DNA of 64,000 nucleotides from Lama glama (taxonomy: Eukaryota): positions 39,310,001-39,374,000 of the forward strand of contig CM052816.1 of assembly GCA_028534125.1 (NCBI GenBank), read 5' to 3'. A program made the translations under genes and the position numbers. The notes beneath the pieces are model-generated. The model was given only the letters and a program-made list of their open reading frames with translations, did no database searches and was not told where the DNA came from. Positions 12,659 through 24,235 of the stretch are shown here, one piece after another (the stretch's first letter is position 1; each line of letters opens with the position of its first letter).

Positions 12659-13218
12659 TGTTATCAAGCAAGGGTTGCCTGTGACACAGAAAGCTAAACT
12701 CTGACAAGTAGGTGTTTGCAGCGAAGGACAGTTTTTTTTTTGGCAGAGCACCAAGTAAGGGAGTGGGAGACAAATCTCAGATCACCTTCATCTTGATCTT
12801 TGAGTTAGGGATGTTTTAAAGGGGAAGAACAAAGAAACTGTGAAAGAAAATCATCATCTTGTGACGTTTTTGTGACATTGCCTAACCGTGGTATCTGAAG
12901 TCAGGATGTCTCCAGTTTACGATTCTGTGTCAGGGTGGTCCATGGTTCGCTGTTCTGTGAACTCACCTAGCCCTGGGGGGAAAACCTGAGTCTGTATTGT
13001 TAATGATATCTGCAAAGCGATGTTAGTACGCTGATGTTATCAGTAACTGCTGTCTTAGTCATCTGACTATGGTTTAGTGTTCAGTTAGCACAGGATTGAG
13101 GTCAGAGGGGACAAGAAAGGGATTCAGGTCAGAGGAGACAAACAAAGGAATAGTTTTAGATGGAGAGGTGTAATCATAACCTCGGTAGGGGAACTCAGTT
13201 GTAGGGGGCTTTGTTTAA
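12659..13218 (-). mobile_element. ERV1-class solo LTR, older, about 560 bp
   Basis: Begins TGTTATCAAGCAAGGG..ACAGAAAGCTAAACTCTGAC and ends GGGGCTTTGTTTAA (degenerate ..TTTCA). Flanked by ATAA (12655-12658) and ATGA (13219-13222), a 4-bp TSD with one mismatch. Internal tandem duplication of about 28 bp near 13093-13148. Confidence 0.75.
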
Positions 13219-13431
13219 ATGATATAAACTGAGCATTTCCTCCAGTATAGAGATACTCACAGTGAAGAGTTGTAAGCTCTTAGAATAGGTCTGATGAGAA
13301 ACTTATTTTAGCGAGAGGAATGCATTACCCCAGGCTGTCACTGTAACAAGGGCTTAAATCACAGTCCCCAGAGTGAGGAATGATGCCAGGCACCAGGAGC
13401 ACGCCTTTCCCCGGTGTATTCTGTGCACCGG

Positions 13432-14091
13432 TGTTGCCGATAGATGCAACCGGTGTTCCAGGTTCTTGTCCCGTCCCAGAAAGAATTCAGAGACAAGACT
13501 CAGAGATTAAAAAAAGGTAAAGTGAGGATTTATTAAAGGATGGATAGTACACTCTCAAGGGGAGAGCGGGCAGGCTCAGGTGAGCGGCTGCCCTGAGTTT
13601 CTTTGGCAAGTTAGCTACATAGGGTGTAAAAATGAATGGGCGGAATATTCATTGGGGAGGAAAGGGTTTGGGGTCACATTCCCTGATTATCATCCACACT
13701 CCACCTTCCCAAAGGGAGGAGGGACTTTTGACCTAATTTAGTCTGGATCGGAAGTGTCATGGTGTTGGTGCATGATGGGTACTTCTGATCTGCAAAGCTA
13801 ATTTTATTGAAATGAGGGCATAATGAGCAAAAGGTTACATTCGGACACTGGCAGTTCCTGCCTTTTCTCACCGTTCTTTGTTCTTCTCCAGGCCACTTGT
13901 CATCACAAAAGGCATGATCCCTTATCAGCCCCAAGGTTCCTGCTTTTCTTTCTCTGCCCAAGGATCCCTGCTGCTTACATGATGTGTGGTTTCCTGCATT
14001 TGGCCTGTGCGCCTTCTTTCTGCCCAGTTCCTACCATTTGGTCTGTGTCCCCCTTTCTCTGCTCATATCTAGCTATCTGCCTACTCTAACA
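13432..14091 (-). mobile_element. ERV1-class solo LTR, young, 660 bp
   Basis: TGTT...AACA termini with a perfect CCGG TSD (13428-13431 and 14092-14095). Minus strand starts TGTTAGAGTAGGCAGATAGCTAGATATGAGCAG (MER4-group-like). AATAAA on the minus strand near 13529-13534 is preceded by GAGAGTGTACT. CpGs are retained. Confidence 0.92.
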
Positions 14092-14929
14092 CCGGGAGCC
14101 GAGCGCTCACGCTGTTCTTCAGCTTTTCCCTCCCCCGTTCGCATGGTTCAGTCTTTCTCAGCAGGTTTTCTACTGCGCGGGTTAGTCGTTTGCAGCCACC
14201 CTGTTGCTGGTGGACTGTCTGCAGCCCATGTGATGTTGATGGTATCATTGGCTGCATTTTCGGTGTGATGACACCGTAATTTTGATGGTTACTTTTGATT
14301 TCTTTAGAGGTTTTGACTTATTTTTCGAAGTATTTGTTTTTGAAGGAGACATTTATTTCAGTAGTTGGCTTGGGCAAAGCCATAAAACTAATGCTACGAG
14401 GCAAAATACCAAAAGCACTCTGGACTATTTGAAGAGCAGAATTCATAAGGTATTGGTATTTGTTCATCTACAGTATAGAGAGAGCAGAGATGGGATTCCC
14501 AAGCTGTGCTTCCCTCAGATTGTGCTGTAAAACATTAATCTTTAATAATTGAGGGTAAAGGACAGGTAATCAGCAATTTCTTCTAGTAGTAACTTACATT
14601 TGATATATATTCCTGTCCTCTTTACAGGCTTCATGCGGGCCCATAGTTTGATATTCTCATGCTCGCTGGCAGTCTAATAAAAAATGCCAGTGTGTAAATC
14701 AACTATGAAATTGGCTTAAATTGTACAATAAATTGTGTCACACTTTAGTGTTTTTGAAATTCTTCATTAACCTCTTTGTAACTTTACTTATTAGAATAAC
14801 GTGAAAACTTGCCTCTCTTCACTTTCATGTATCTGTATGTGCACAAATGCATGCATAGCATGTTTGGTTAATTATTCGAAGAATTTACTATTACTGAGTT
14901 TTGAATGTAAAACAACTTAAGAGGTTATC

Positions 14930-15480
14930 TGGCGTTTTCTTTCTACCTGGCATATAGAAAGTTGCAAAAAGTATGTCACTCTCAAACTAAATAAACCAAA
15001 AATTAAAACTTTTTTTGTACCCACTAGAGAGCTGAAGTCACAGGACAAGCAGGTTACCTGATTTCTAGTGAAAAACAGGTCCCTCTAAGGGTATCAGACA
15101 CAACTGTGCAGGATATGGGAGGATGGCACACGGGCAAGAATCCGGTTAACTTTGTAACCACTTCCTAGAGGCTGAGCATGAATTCCAGTGAGAGGATAAC
15201 CTCTCTCTCTTGCCAAGGACAGAAGGGAATTTGCACCCATTCACAGGCTTTTCTCCACGAACCTCCAAAGGGTCCTCACAGGAAAGATGGGAGGCCAGGC
15301 GGGAGGTGGGAAGCCTGGCTGGAGGTGGAGTCCTGGGAGGAGGGGCGGCCCCCGGGGCAGGGGCTCTAGGGGCCTCACTCCCTTGTGAAAGGAAAGCCTT
15401 AGTTTCGGAGAGGAAAGCAGCAAGCCCCGTGGCCCCCAGGGCACAATTCAAGTTTCATTTTAGACACAAAAAATATGTTA
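14930..15480 (+). mobile_element. Probable 5'-region fragment of an old L1 (L1M), including a GC-rich patch
   Basis: Resembles recalled L1M 5' sequence (gaaagttgcaaaaag..cactc..; acccactagagagctgaagtcacagg) and abuts L1 ORF2 sequence. Confidence 0.5.
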
Positions 15481-15890
15481 CCTCTGAGAAAGAGAAAAAA
15501 AGGTGATTGGATTTTATCAAAATTAAAATCATTTGCTCTGAAAAGGACATTTTTAAAGAGAATGCAATGACTAACAACAGACTGAGGAAATACTTGCAAT
15601 CTACTTACCTGTTAAAGGAGTCAAAACAGTTATATAAAGAATTGTTAAAACTCAAAAGTAAGAAAATAAACACAAGAAAATGGGTAAAAGGTTCAAACTC
15701 ATACTTAAAAGAGGATGTATGTATGACGAGTATGCATATTAAAAGATGCTAAACATTATTTATCATTACAGAAATTCAAATTAAAACAGCAGTGAGATGC
15801 TGTTATGCACTTATTTATGTGGCAAAACCCCCAAATCTGATAATACTAACTGCTGGCAATGATGCAGAAAAACAAGAAAAAATAATTATC
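15481..15890 (+). mobile_element. Old L1 ORF2 3' fragment
   Basis: ORF 15507-15752 reads DFIKIKIICSEKD...LYKELLKLKSKK....KWVK..N...KED....HIKRC, the L1 ORF2 C-terminal region. Confidence 0.9.
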
Positions 15891-15989
15891 TTTGGTTTTG
15901 ATTTACTTACCTTTTAGAGCAATTAAAAACCAAAACCCCCCAAAAAAAACCCCAAAAAACAAAAAAACAAAAGCAAAAAACCCCTAAAG

Positions 15990-16860
15990 TATCAGTGCTC
16001 TTTGGTTTTATAGCATATGTGAAAGCAAGGACAGCAGTAGCACAAAAGATGGGATATGGAAATAAATAGATGTAAGTGTGTATTCGTAAACATTTGCACA
16101 CATCTGTGTGTGCATGTATGTCTTCACTTAAACATAGTCCCTAGCTCTCTCCCCTGAGATTGAGTGGAAACAGCTCATCTGAATAGCAGTTAGCAACATA
16201 GAGCCTTTGATCTCTGAACATTTGTCCACCAGAAGGAACCAGGGTTCCATCCATGAAGAAATGCCTGGGCTGGGATAGGGAACATAGCAGATGAGACTGG
16301 AACTCCTTTTTGAAATACAAAGTAAGGAAGTGTTCATAAATGATGGGGATATGTTGAAAGTACATAGGAGCCAGCTTTGATGGGGTTTCTAAGGGTTAAA
16401 TCTGAAAAAATGGATCTTGACTCATTGAATAAAATAGGTATCCTTATATTCATGTTGATATAAGCAAACCAATAAATTCAGTTTATTATTAGAAATGGTA
16501 TTTTTGCAGAGCCTCAGAATAACTTCCAACAAAATATGTGTTCATTACAAAAGGGAAGAGGGTGACTTCTTAGTGACAAAGCCTGGTTAACATTACTCTG
16601 GTCAAGTGATCAAAGTGAACATTATCAATAATGGGACAAGTTTAAATCCTGAGACTCCTGATAGGATGCAAAATAAAGGACACAGAATCAGTAATGTGTA
16701 AATACTGATTTCCTTTCTTCAGTTTTCATATTGGATTACATAGAAGATGGCCTTCATTTGTAAGGAACCCACTCAAGTATTTGGGGGAAGTGTAGTACCA
16801 TGTCCACAGCTGAGACTCAAATAGTGTAAACATTTTTGAGGTTTTCTTAAATTCTCTGTT
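15990..16860 (+). mobile_element. Old L1 3' UTR (L1MC/L1MD-like)
   Basis: ccaccagaaggaaccagggttcc, aagtaaggaagtgttc, acataggagccagc and caagtgatcaaagtgaacattatcaataatgggacaa..ctcctgataggatgca match recalled L1MC/MD 3' UTR motifs. Preceded by an A-rich tract at 15925-15985. Confidence 0.8.
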
Positions 16861-17746
16861 GGAGTTGAGTTTGTTTGTTTTAAAGAAATGCTTTTTAGAG
16901 TTTTAATTGCAGTTCACATTCTGTATCTTGTTTTTGCTGTAATAAAGAGATTGGTGCATTCACTTAGACCAATGATTAACTTTGGTTAAAGACTTTTCAG
17001 AGATCATTTAATGAGAAAAAAATTAGGCTTTACAGATTTGAGATTCAAGATAGTAAGTTCCTAGAAATCATGAAACTATATTACATTCATATTACATCTA
17101 GTGTGATTCAAATATTTTACGACAACGGTGGACTATGGAAATTTATTGAAAATTTGACTTGAACGTGTTTTGTTGTATTAAGATTGTTGTTATAAATGAC
17201 AAATTTAATTCTTGAGTGATGAACATCTTTATTTTTCAGTCTTTCCCAAATACCAGTGGCATGTCTGTCTCCACCTGTTACTCAAATTTAATCACGGAGG
17301 ACTTGTGAAGTAAGGCAAATAAGATAGAAAAAGGTTATCTGATCCACTTAAGATCTTAATAGTACTCTTCCTAAGTTATTAAAAGAACCGTCACTTAAGA
17401 GACTGAAATTACTTTATTTTCCTTGATTACATCACCTATTTCCCTGTGATCTTTTCAGAGGTTTCAGAAACTCACGTGTAACACAGTCAGGTATGCCTCA
17501 GGGATGGCACATTGTATAGCTGTGCCATTAGATAAGGGGGGAGTGCCGTGCTTTGTCAATTTACTGCCTCTCTGAATCTGAAGACACCATTTAAAACTTG
17601 GATGTAGTAGTCTACTAAGTGGTGTCAAGTGTTTAAGCTCTAGAAATAAGCCGTTTGAACCGTGGTTGCCCAGGGATCAGACTTCATTTTCTTGGTCGTT
17701 GGAAGCTGTTTCTCCCAGGAGTGTGTGTGCAGGTATGTGTGCGAGA

Positions 17747-17775
17747 GGGAGAGGGAGAGGAGGGGGAGGGGGGGG
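17747..17775 (+). other. Potential G-quadruplex in a purine-only tract
   Basis: GGG-AGA-GGG-AGAGGA-GGGGG-A-GGGGGGGG meets the four-G-tract rule (G3+ with loops of 1-7 nt). Confidence 0.6.
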
Positions 17776-19089
17776 AAGAGTGAATTGGATACTAAATTAT
17801 TTCCGTTTTTGATGTCCTTTGGGTAGTGGTAAGAGTTCTTTTGAAATGATCCAAGATTCCTGGAGTTGTAATTTAAGCGTATAATATAGGATTGAATTAT
17901 CAATATCCCAGACCAGTTTGTGACTAAGGAACCCTTTGAGGTGACATTTAGGTGCAAATATCCAGGCTGAGAGTCCTGACTTGCACAAGTGGTTCTTTAG
18001 GAACTCCACAAGCATGCCCTAGGTAGTAGCTGAGTCTCTGCTTGTTACGCACAACTTCACACTAAAAGCCACTTTCACTTTACTTTTGAGAAAGTGCCTC
18101 ACGTTGGTGGCATTCAGAGCCAGGGTGTACTCCCCCAGCGGGCAGTGAAAGGCCCAGCAGTTTTTAGATTTTGTGAAAAAACTATTGTAGAAACCGAGTA
18201 GTCTTAGGAAAGCTGGAAGACTGACTTTGACTTTTTGAGTAGGTGATAACACACTAACACTTGATCCTCAGTGGTCTTATGTTGAGGTCTGCTGATACAT
18301 TGGTGTTACACTTATCGAAACAGCTCACTCTCTCTTACTCATCAAGGAAAAAAAAAATCACTGGTTTTTCTTAGGTTTCTCATGATGAAATCAGTGCTCT
18401 AAAGTCCACAATCTCTGGATTCCATGATTCACAACACAGTTGAATCACAGAATTATGTAGTGTCTCTTTTCTGAATGCTGGGTCTTCAAAGAAAAAAGTG
18501 CTTAAAATTTCAGAGTCCGTAGAAATACCAAATGATAGGACAGAGTTTGATCTCTTTGAACATCTGCGGTAGCAGCCTGAACAATAATTTATAAACTTAG
18601 GACATACTCAGTTTTTGAGACTTCTGTTAGGGAGAGTCAGGAGTTAATGCTGTAGGTGAGTTGGCTGTGATGCTGAAGCGCCTCATCGTCAGAGGCCAGG
18701 CGGAATGTTAGGCTTTAACTAACTGTGGTTACTGTATGTAGAACAGAGTGTCAGGGTTCTCTCCTGAAGTATAACCCAAACTTCCTGTATTGCTGTCAAC
18801 ATTTTGACCATACTGCGTATCACCTGATAGCAACTTATCATTTCATGTTTGCTTTATATCTTTTTTTTATAAAATAGACTTTTATCTTTTAAAATATTTA
18901 TTTAAAGGGAGACTTTGTAGCACTATTGCACAATGCCCATTTCTTGCCCCCAAATAGAAAATAACTATAAACTGATCACAGATGATCTCATGTTTACTGG
19001 TGAAAAGAACATTGTCTTTGCTGTCAGATAGGTCTGGAGTAAATCTTTGCATCTTGTATGTCCAATTCAAATAATCAGTTAGTGGTCTT

Positions 19090-19250
19090 GCATAATCTCT
19101 TATCATAACCTCAGTTTCCTAATTTGTAAAATGGATATAATTTCACCTAACTTTCAGTGTTCTTAAAAAAAAAGAATGAAATAATACGACAAAAGCAAAA
19201 TAGCAAATAGCAAAGTAGGTAACCAGTAAGTAGCAACTCTTAACATAGTC
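19090..19250 (+). mobile_element. MIR SINE
   Basis: MIR core cctcagtttcctaatttgtaaaatgga. Confidence 0.8.
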
Positions 19251-20368
19251 ATCTATTTTTTAAGCAGTTTTCTGCAATTTTCTCATCTCCATCTTCAAAA
19301 CAAATTTTAAAATTAGGAGAAATCTTGGAGGAAGAAGTATCTTCTATGCTGTAAATAAAAGTTTATTCTAACATTTTGAAATAATTTAAAAACATAAATG
19401 TAAAAAGGAAAAATGGAAAAAAACTTTTGGTCTTGCATTTGATTTTTCTCTAGTTCTAAAAGAAAGGATAATTAGTATAAATACTGGATGAGGTTTTTTT
19501 TTTCTTTTCAGAGAAAAGCTGTTTTCATGAAACTGGTTTGTTTTTTAATTAGCAGAAGGGAGATTGTACATTGTGTCATGATTTATTTTCAAGTTGTTAT
19601 AACAATAACACACACCAGTTGGGGAAGGGAATTTTTTTTTAAAAGAGATGACAGAGCCTAAGGAGGTTATAACCAGAGACCTTAATAATGATAATAAAAC
19701 AGCTCCCATAAAGAACAAAATTGTGTTGATGCATATTCTTTAGCTTTACTTGAAAAGGAGTGCAGAGCGCACTAAAATTTGCTAGAGTAAATGCTTCTCC
19801 CTTTAATGACCTGAGACATTCTGTGTCTGTACAGTTGGATACAGTCCTATCAGGACAGCAAAAGGCTATTAAACCTGAAAGGATCAGAGTTAAGCGCAAA
19901 CTAGAATAATGGTAAATAGCTAATAAATGTCTCCATGCATATCACAGTTCTGCCTGGTACCCTTGTATTTCATATATATATATGGTAAGCAGCTTTATAT
20001 AATTGGTAAGCAGCTGTTAAAGTTAGTTTTAAAATGAACTTTGATGTTTCCTATTTTAAAAATTGTTTTAAGGAAGACTGCTTCCAGGTTTTACACATCC
20101 ACACCTTGTCAAATTTAAAAGATCATGATAGCGGAACACTTTTTTCCAAACAAGTTAAGCGAAAGATATATAGTATGAAATCGATTCTTCTCCACAACTG
20201 AATTCAAGGGCAGTAAATACGCAGATAAAAATAGATGCAGATAACACCCATTCTCACCTGGTAAGATTTTATCTTTAAAAGTAAACAAAAAATGTCAAGA
20301 TTTTTCTCCCTATGAGGACTGCTAGCAATGCTGTGAACTCAAAAGTTGTATATCTTTACTTTTAACAA

Positions 20369-20794
20369 TGTTATTTTTCTATTGCTCCTAGAACAAATTA
20401 GCACAAACTTAGTGACGTAAAGCAGCACTTGTCTGTTTTCTTAGAGTTCTGTAAGTTAGAAATCCAACGTGAGTCTCCCTGGAGTAAAATCAAGTCATCA
20501 GTATGGCTGCTTTTTCCCTGGAGGCTCGTGGAGAATTCATTTCCTTGCCTTTTCCAGCGTCTAGAGACCACCTGCTTTCCTTGGCTCGCGGTCCTCTTCT
20601 TCCATGTTCACCTGCAGCAGTGTCTCACTGCTCTGACTCAGCCAGGAAAGGTTCTGTGCTTTTCAGGATTTAGACTGGCCCACCTGGATAGATTCTGTAC
20701 CCTTAATTACACTGAGAAATGTGAATATGTCAGATAAGAGTCACGGTTTCCAAGAATTGGGACCTTTTTGGCGGCCATTCTCTGCCTTTCACAC
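20369..20794 (-). mobile_element. MaLR solo LTR (MLT1C/D-like)
   Basis: ctattgct...aacaaattagcacaaacttagtg; ggagaattcatttccttgcctttt.ccagc.tctagag; ends ggccattctctgcct...caca. Confidence 0.9.
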
Positions 20795-23049
20795 AGTTTG
20801 AACTAAGAAGGACAACACACTTTTGCTTCAAGGATCCCCTGTTGTTACTGATTGCCGCTGGTCTGGGCAAAGCAGTGAAAGAGCAACTTTTCAATCTCCC
20901 TTGTTAATAATGAAGCATTTAGAATGAATGACATATTTAGAAAAACCCAAAACTTAAAAAATGTGCATAATGAATCCAAAGATGTCCAGTCCTTGGGGCT
21001 GTTTGTTCCATGAGGTTAAGAAGGTTCAGTGCTGAGGTCTGAGCCTAGGCAGCCTGCCTATAGAAGCTCTCAACCCTTAATCGCTCTTGTATGTAGTCTT
21101 CATGCAATGGAGAAAATCTATAGCTCAGTAAGTTAAGATGTTTAAGTAATAAAATGTATGCAAAAGACTTAGCATAATGCTTAAACTAAAATCACTACTG
21201 AAGACTACTAGTGTCCCTACCTCTGCACATAACCAGGATCAAATAGAATGACAGGAAGATGCTAAAAAAAAGGTATTTCTTGGGAAGGAGAGAGAACAAG
21301 AGGGAGAAAAAAGAGCAGAAAAAGTGGTTTCTTCCTTCATTTGGCAGAGCACCATGTAGGGGAATGGTTAAGAGCAAAGACTTTCTGGAGTAAGGCTGCC
21401 TGGGTTCAGATGTGAGCTATGCGTGCATCCATATGTGAATATTGTTTTGAAACCTGTATCCAACAATACTCAAAATGAGAGGGTAGTTGTCTTCCCTAAA
21501 GGCACACTTCCTTGAGTAAATGAACATATATCTTTTTGAGGAATAACTGGGAAAATTATTATAATACATACTTCCCATGGTTTTGTTAGCTTTCTCCTCC
21601 CAAGGAGCTGGCCACATTTCTGTCAGTAGGTCTGTCTGAAAAATGACAGACAGATGTAACTACCTTCAGCTTCCTGACCATTCATCTTTGATTTCTTTTC
21701 ATGATGCATGTAGATTTGAACCTTTGTTATTTCCCTGTATATTTGGGGACATCATGTTCCATTAGTTATCTCCAGGTCTGTCCTTTCACTCCTGACCTTG
21801 CCACTCACTGTAAAATTGAGTCCACCTGGCTTCTGAGGACTGAAAGACATAATCTGGTTTCTATTGTTTCAGGGTCCTGTCATCTCCATCCTGTAGGTCT
21901 GTATCAAACTTTCCAACTCTGAGCCCTTGCCTATAGGGCAGGATGTCATGAAACTTCATGAGTGCATATATGCACTCTCCCTACTTGACAAGTTGCTGAA
22001 AATCTTAAATTATTAAAAAATGTTAATAAAAATGAAGAAAGGCTAATCACTGTGATGAAATTGGTAGTTTTATTTACATTGATCTAAATGCCGTTAATAC
22101 ACATATGATCTTGTAATGACCTTGCATATAGTACAATCTAGTAGAGTTATGTTACTTGCAACGTTATAAGAATATTATTAATTACAGGCTCTTCAGGCAT
22201 TGTGATCCAGTGTTGAGACACAAGTATAAAATTGAATAATGAATGTCTTCTTTCAATCCTGCAAATGGTTATAGCGTTAAGAATCTGCCAAACTGAAAGT
22301 ACCTTGGTAAGTTGGATTATAAGGAATGCCGAAGTTACTTTACTTTTTTGATTATAACAGGGCACTCCAGAACACTTGACTGAGCAGCCATGGAGAATGG
22401 CAGCGATGCCACCAGTGATAATCAAAACGAAAACTTTCCAACGATAATGCCACGTTAATGTAGAACAAGAAGCAGCTCAGCCCCTAGCTAAGAGAAGGGA
22501 AAGTAAGTGCTTCTCACAGTCTCGTCTGTGTGTTTGAAAGTGTCCAGAAAATAGCAGAAAAAACAAATTGCCAATTGAGTGGCTCACATAAGGACTGCAG
22601 TTACATCCAGTAATCCTTCTAAGTTTATTTCTGTGTAAGATATAGGGTACTTGTACAGAAAGCAAAGCAAAGAGGAGGGCTGGTGATAAGGTAGAAAACA
22701 AATTCAGGCTACAGTCTATCTGGAGAAGAAAAATTTTTATTGATAACACCCTTATAAGAAAACTATGGCTACTCAGTGTTAACTTTTAATAAGAAATATG
22801 ATAGACTTAAGAGAAAGTGTGTGTCATTTTGTGATCCTTGAATCGCTGAGCAGAGACTCAGTGTAGCAAAAACAGAAGGTGGTGAAAGATTTTCTAAAAA
22901 ACATACATAATCATCTTTGGTGTTGCATTTTTTCCTGCCCTTCATGCTTTATCTTCTGTAAATAACAGAGTCTCAGAACTCTATTTTTCATGGCAAATTC
23001 CTTTTTTTCTCTGCTTTTCTATGGTTGGCTTCTCCTCAGAACTCAAGTA

Positions 23050-23450
23050 CCCTGCTTCAGAGATTGGCACTCGTAGGTCTAGCAATAGGAATACCTCACA
23101 TTCTTTATCTGCGAGGATTGATTTAAGGATAGGCTCATGACCTAAGCCAGATGAATCAGAATCATTTTGGGAAATTTAGCTGAAACTCGTTTTGTAGCAA
23201 CGTAAGGCCACATGGTGGTAGCCATCTTTGTTACCAAAAGGGAAGAACACACCTGAAAATGAAGACAACGTGGAGAGGGAAAGATCTGAGATGAGAAGAA
23301 ACAGATTGCTAATCACATTGTTTGAGTGCTTGGATCCACTTGTGTCTGAAGTCAGTTCATCCCTTTGGAGCTCCCAGTTAGTGAGCTAATGTATCCTCTT
23401 TTGAAATTTATCTATTTAATTTGAGTACTGACCCAACTCAACCCATGAAC
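23050..23450 (+). mobile_element. Old MaLR LTR (MLT1J/K-like)
   Basis: ggctcatgacctaagcc..aatcagaatc; gccatcttt; attgtttgagtgcttggatccacttgtgtctgaag. Confidence 0.75.
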
Positions 23451-23611
23451 CTAATCTGAGACTATGCACTTAAAGTGGTAGCTTTCATTTCTTGCCCAAT
23501 ATCGTTGCTAATTCTAAAGTTTTAGGTTTTTGGTCACCTTGTTTCCCATTGTCTCAGATACTGATTCTTCCTCAAGTCACACTTAAGGGACATTTGGGAA
23601 ATCTCTTAAGA

Positions 23612-24235
23612 CTAACTAGCAGAAGAGGATACAGCCAAGCTTTGCTTTATGAATGACTGGCTGAATATGTGAATGTAAACTGAAAATGAAAGATAGCTGC
23701 ACTAACGCCCCACTTAGTGGTGACTTCAGTGGAGACTGAAGCAAAAATGCAGAATGAGCAGAATTGTGGGGACGTGTCTGGCTGACCACTTTGTGTGGAG
23801 AGTGCCTCAAGGGAAGAAAACAATGGACTAAGGCCGGTGGAAATGACTACTTCAGGTAGCCAAGGAGAAAGGTTTAAAGAACAAGAATGAGAATATCTGG
23901 GGTGGAGGCATAGTTAAGTGTGTGTGTGAAGTGTGAAGGTCTCTGCACCTTATGATAATGTCCACCAGAGTACACTCACCAGAGCAGAGGCATTATAACC
24001 AGCTAGACTAAATAACTCACCTGGTTTGTATCAGCCAGCACCCATCATTGGCCATCCCACTCCTAGAGTGATAGGCATGTAATTGTGGTGGTCGTGGTCA
24101 CAAAAATGGAGACTCTTGTGACCCAGCACTGTGGGCTCTCACTCACCAAAGCTGATCTAAGTACTCCTGCCACTGAATGTCTAACATGCCAGCAGCAGAA
24201 ACCAAAGCTGATACCTAGTTGTGGAACCCTTATTT
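23612..24235 (+). mobile_element. ERVL-class internal remnant (pol: RNase H and integrase zinc-finger region), decayed
   Basis: Manual translation near 24130-24215 gives GLSLTKADLSTPATECLTCQQQKPKL, like ERVL integrase GLPLTKADLA...ECP.CQQQRP.L. Near 23615 LAEEDTAKLCFMND aligns to the RNase H start LTEEEK.RAWFTDG. Confidence 0.85.

Noticed and set aside
15146..15506. Pro/Ala/Gly-rich ORFs on both strands
   Set aside because: By-product of a GC-rich patch within probable L1 sequence.
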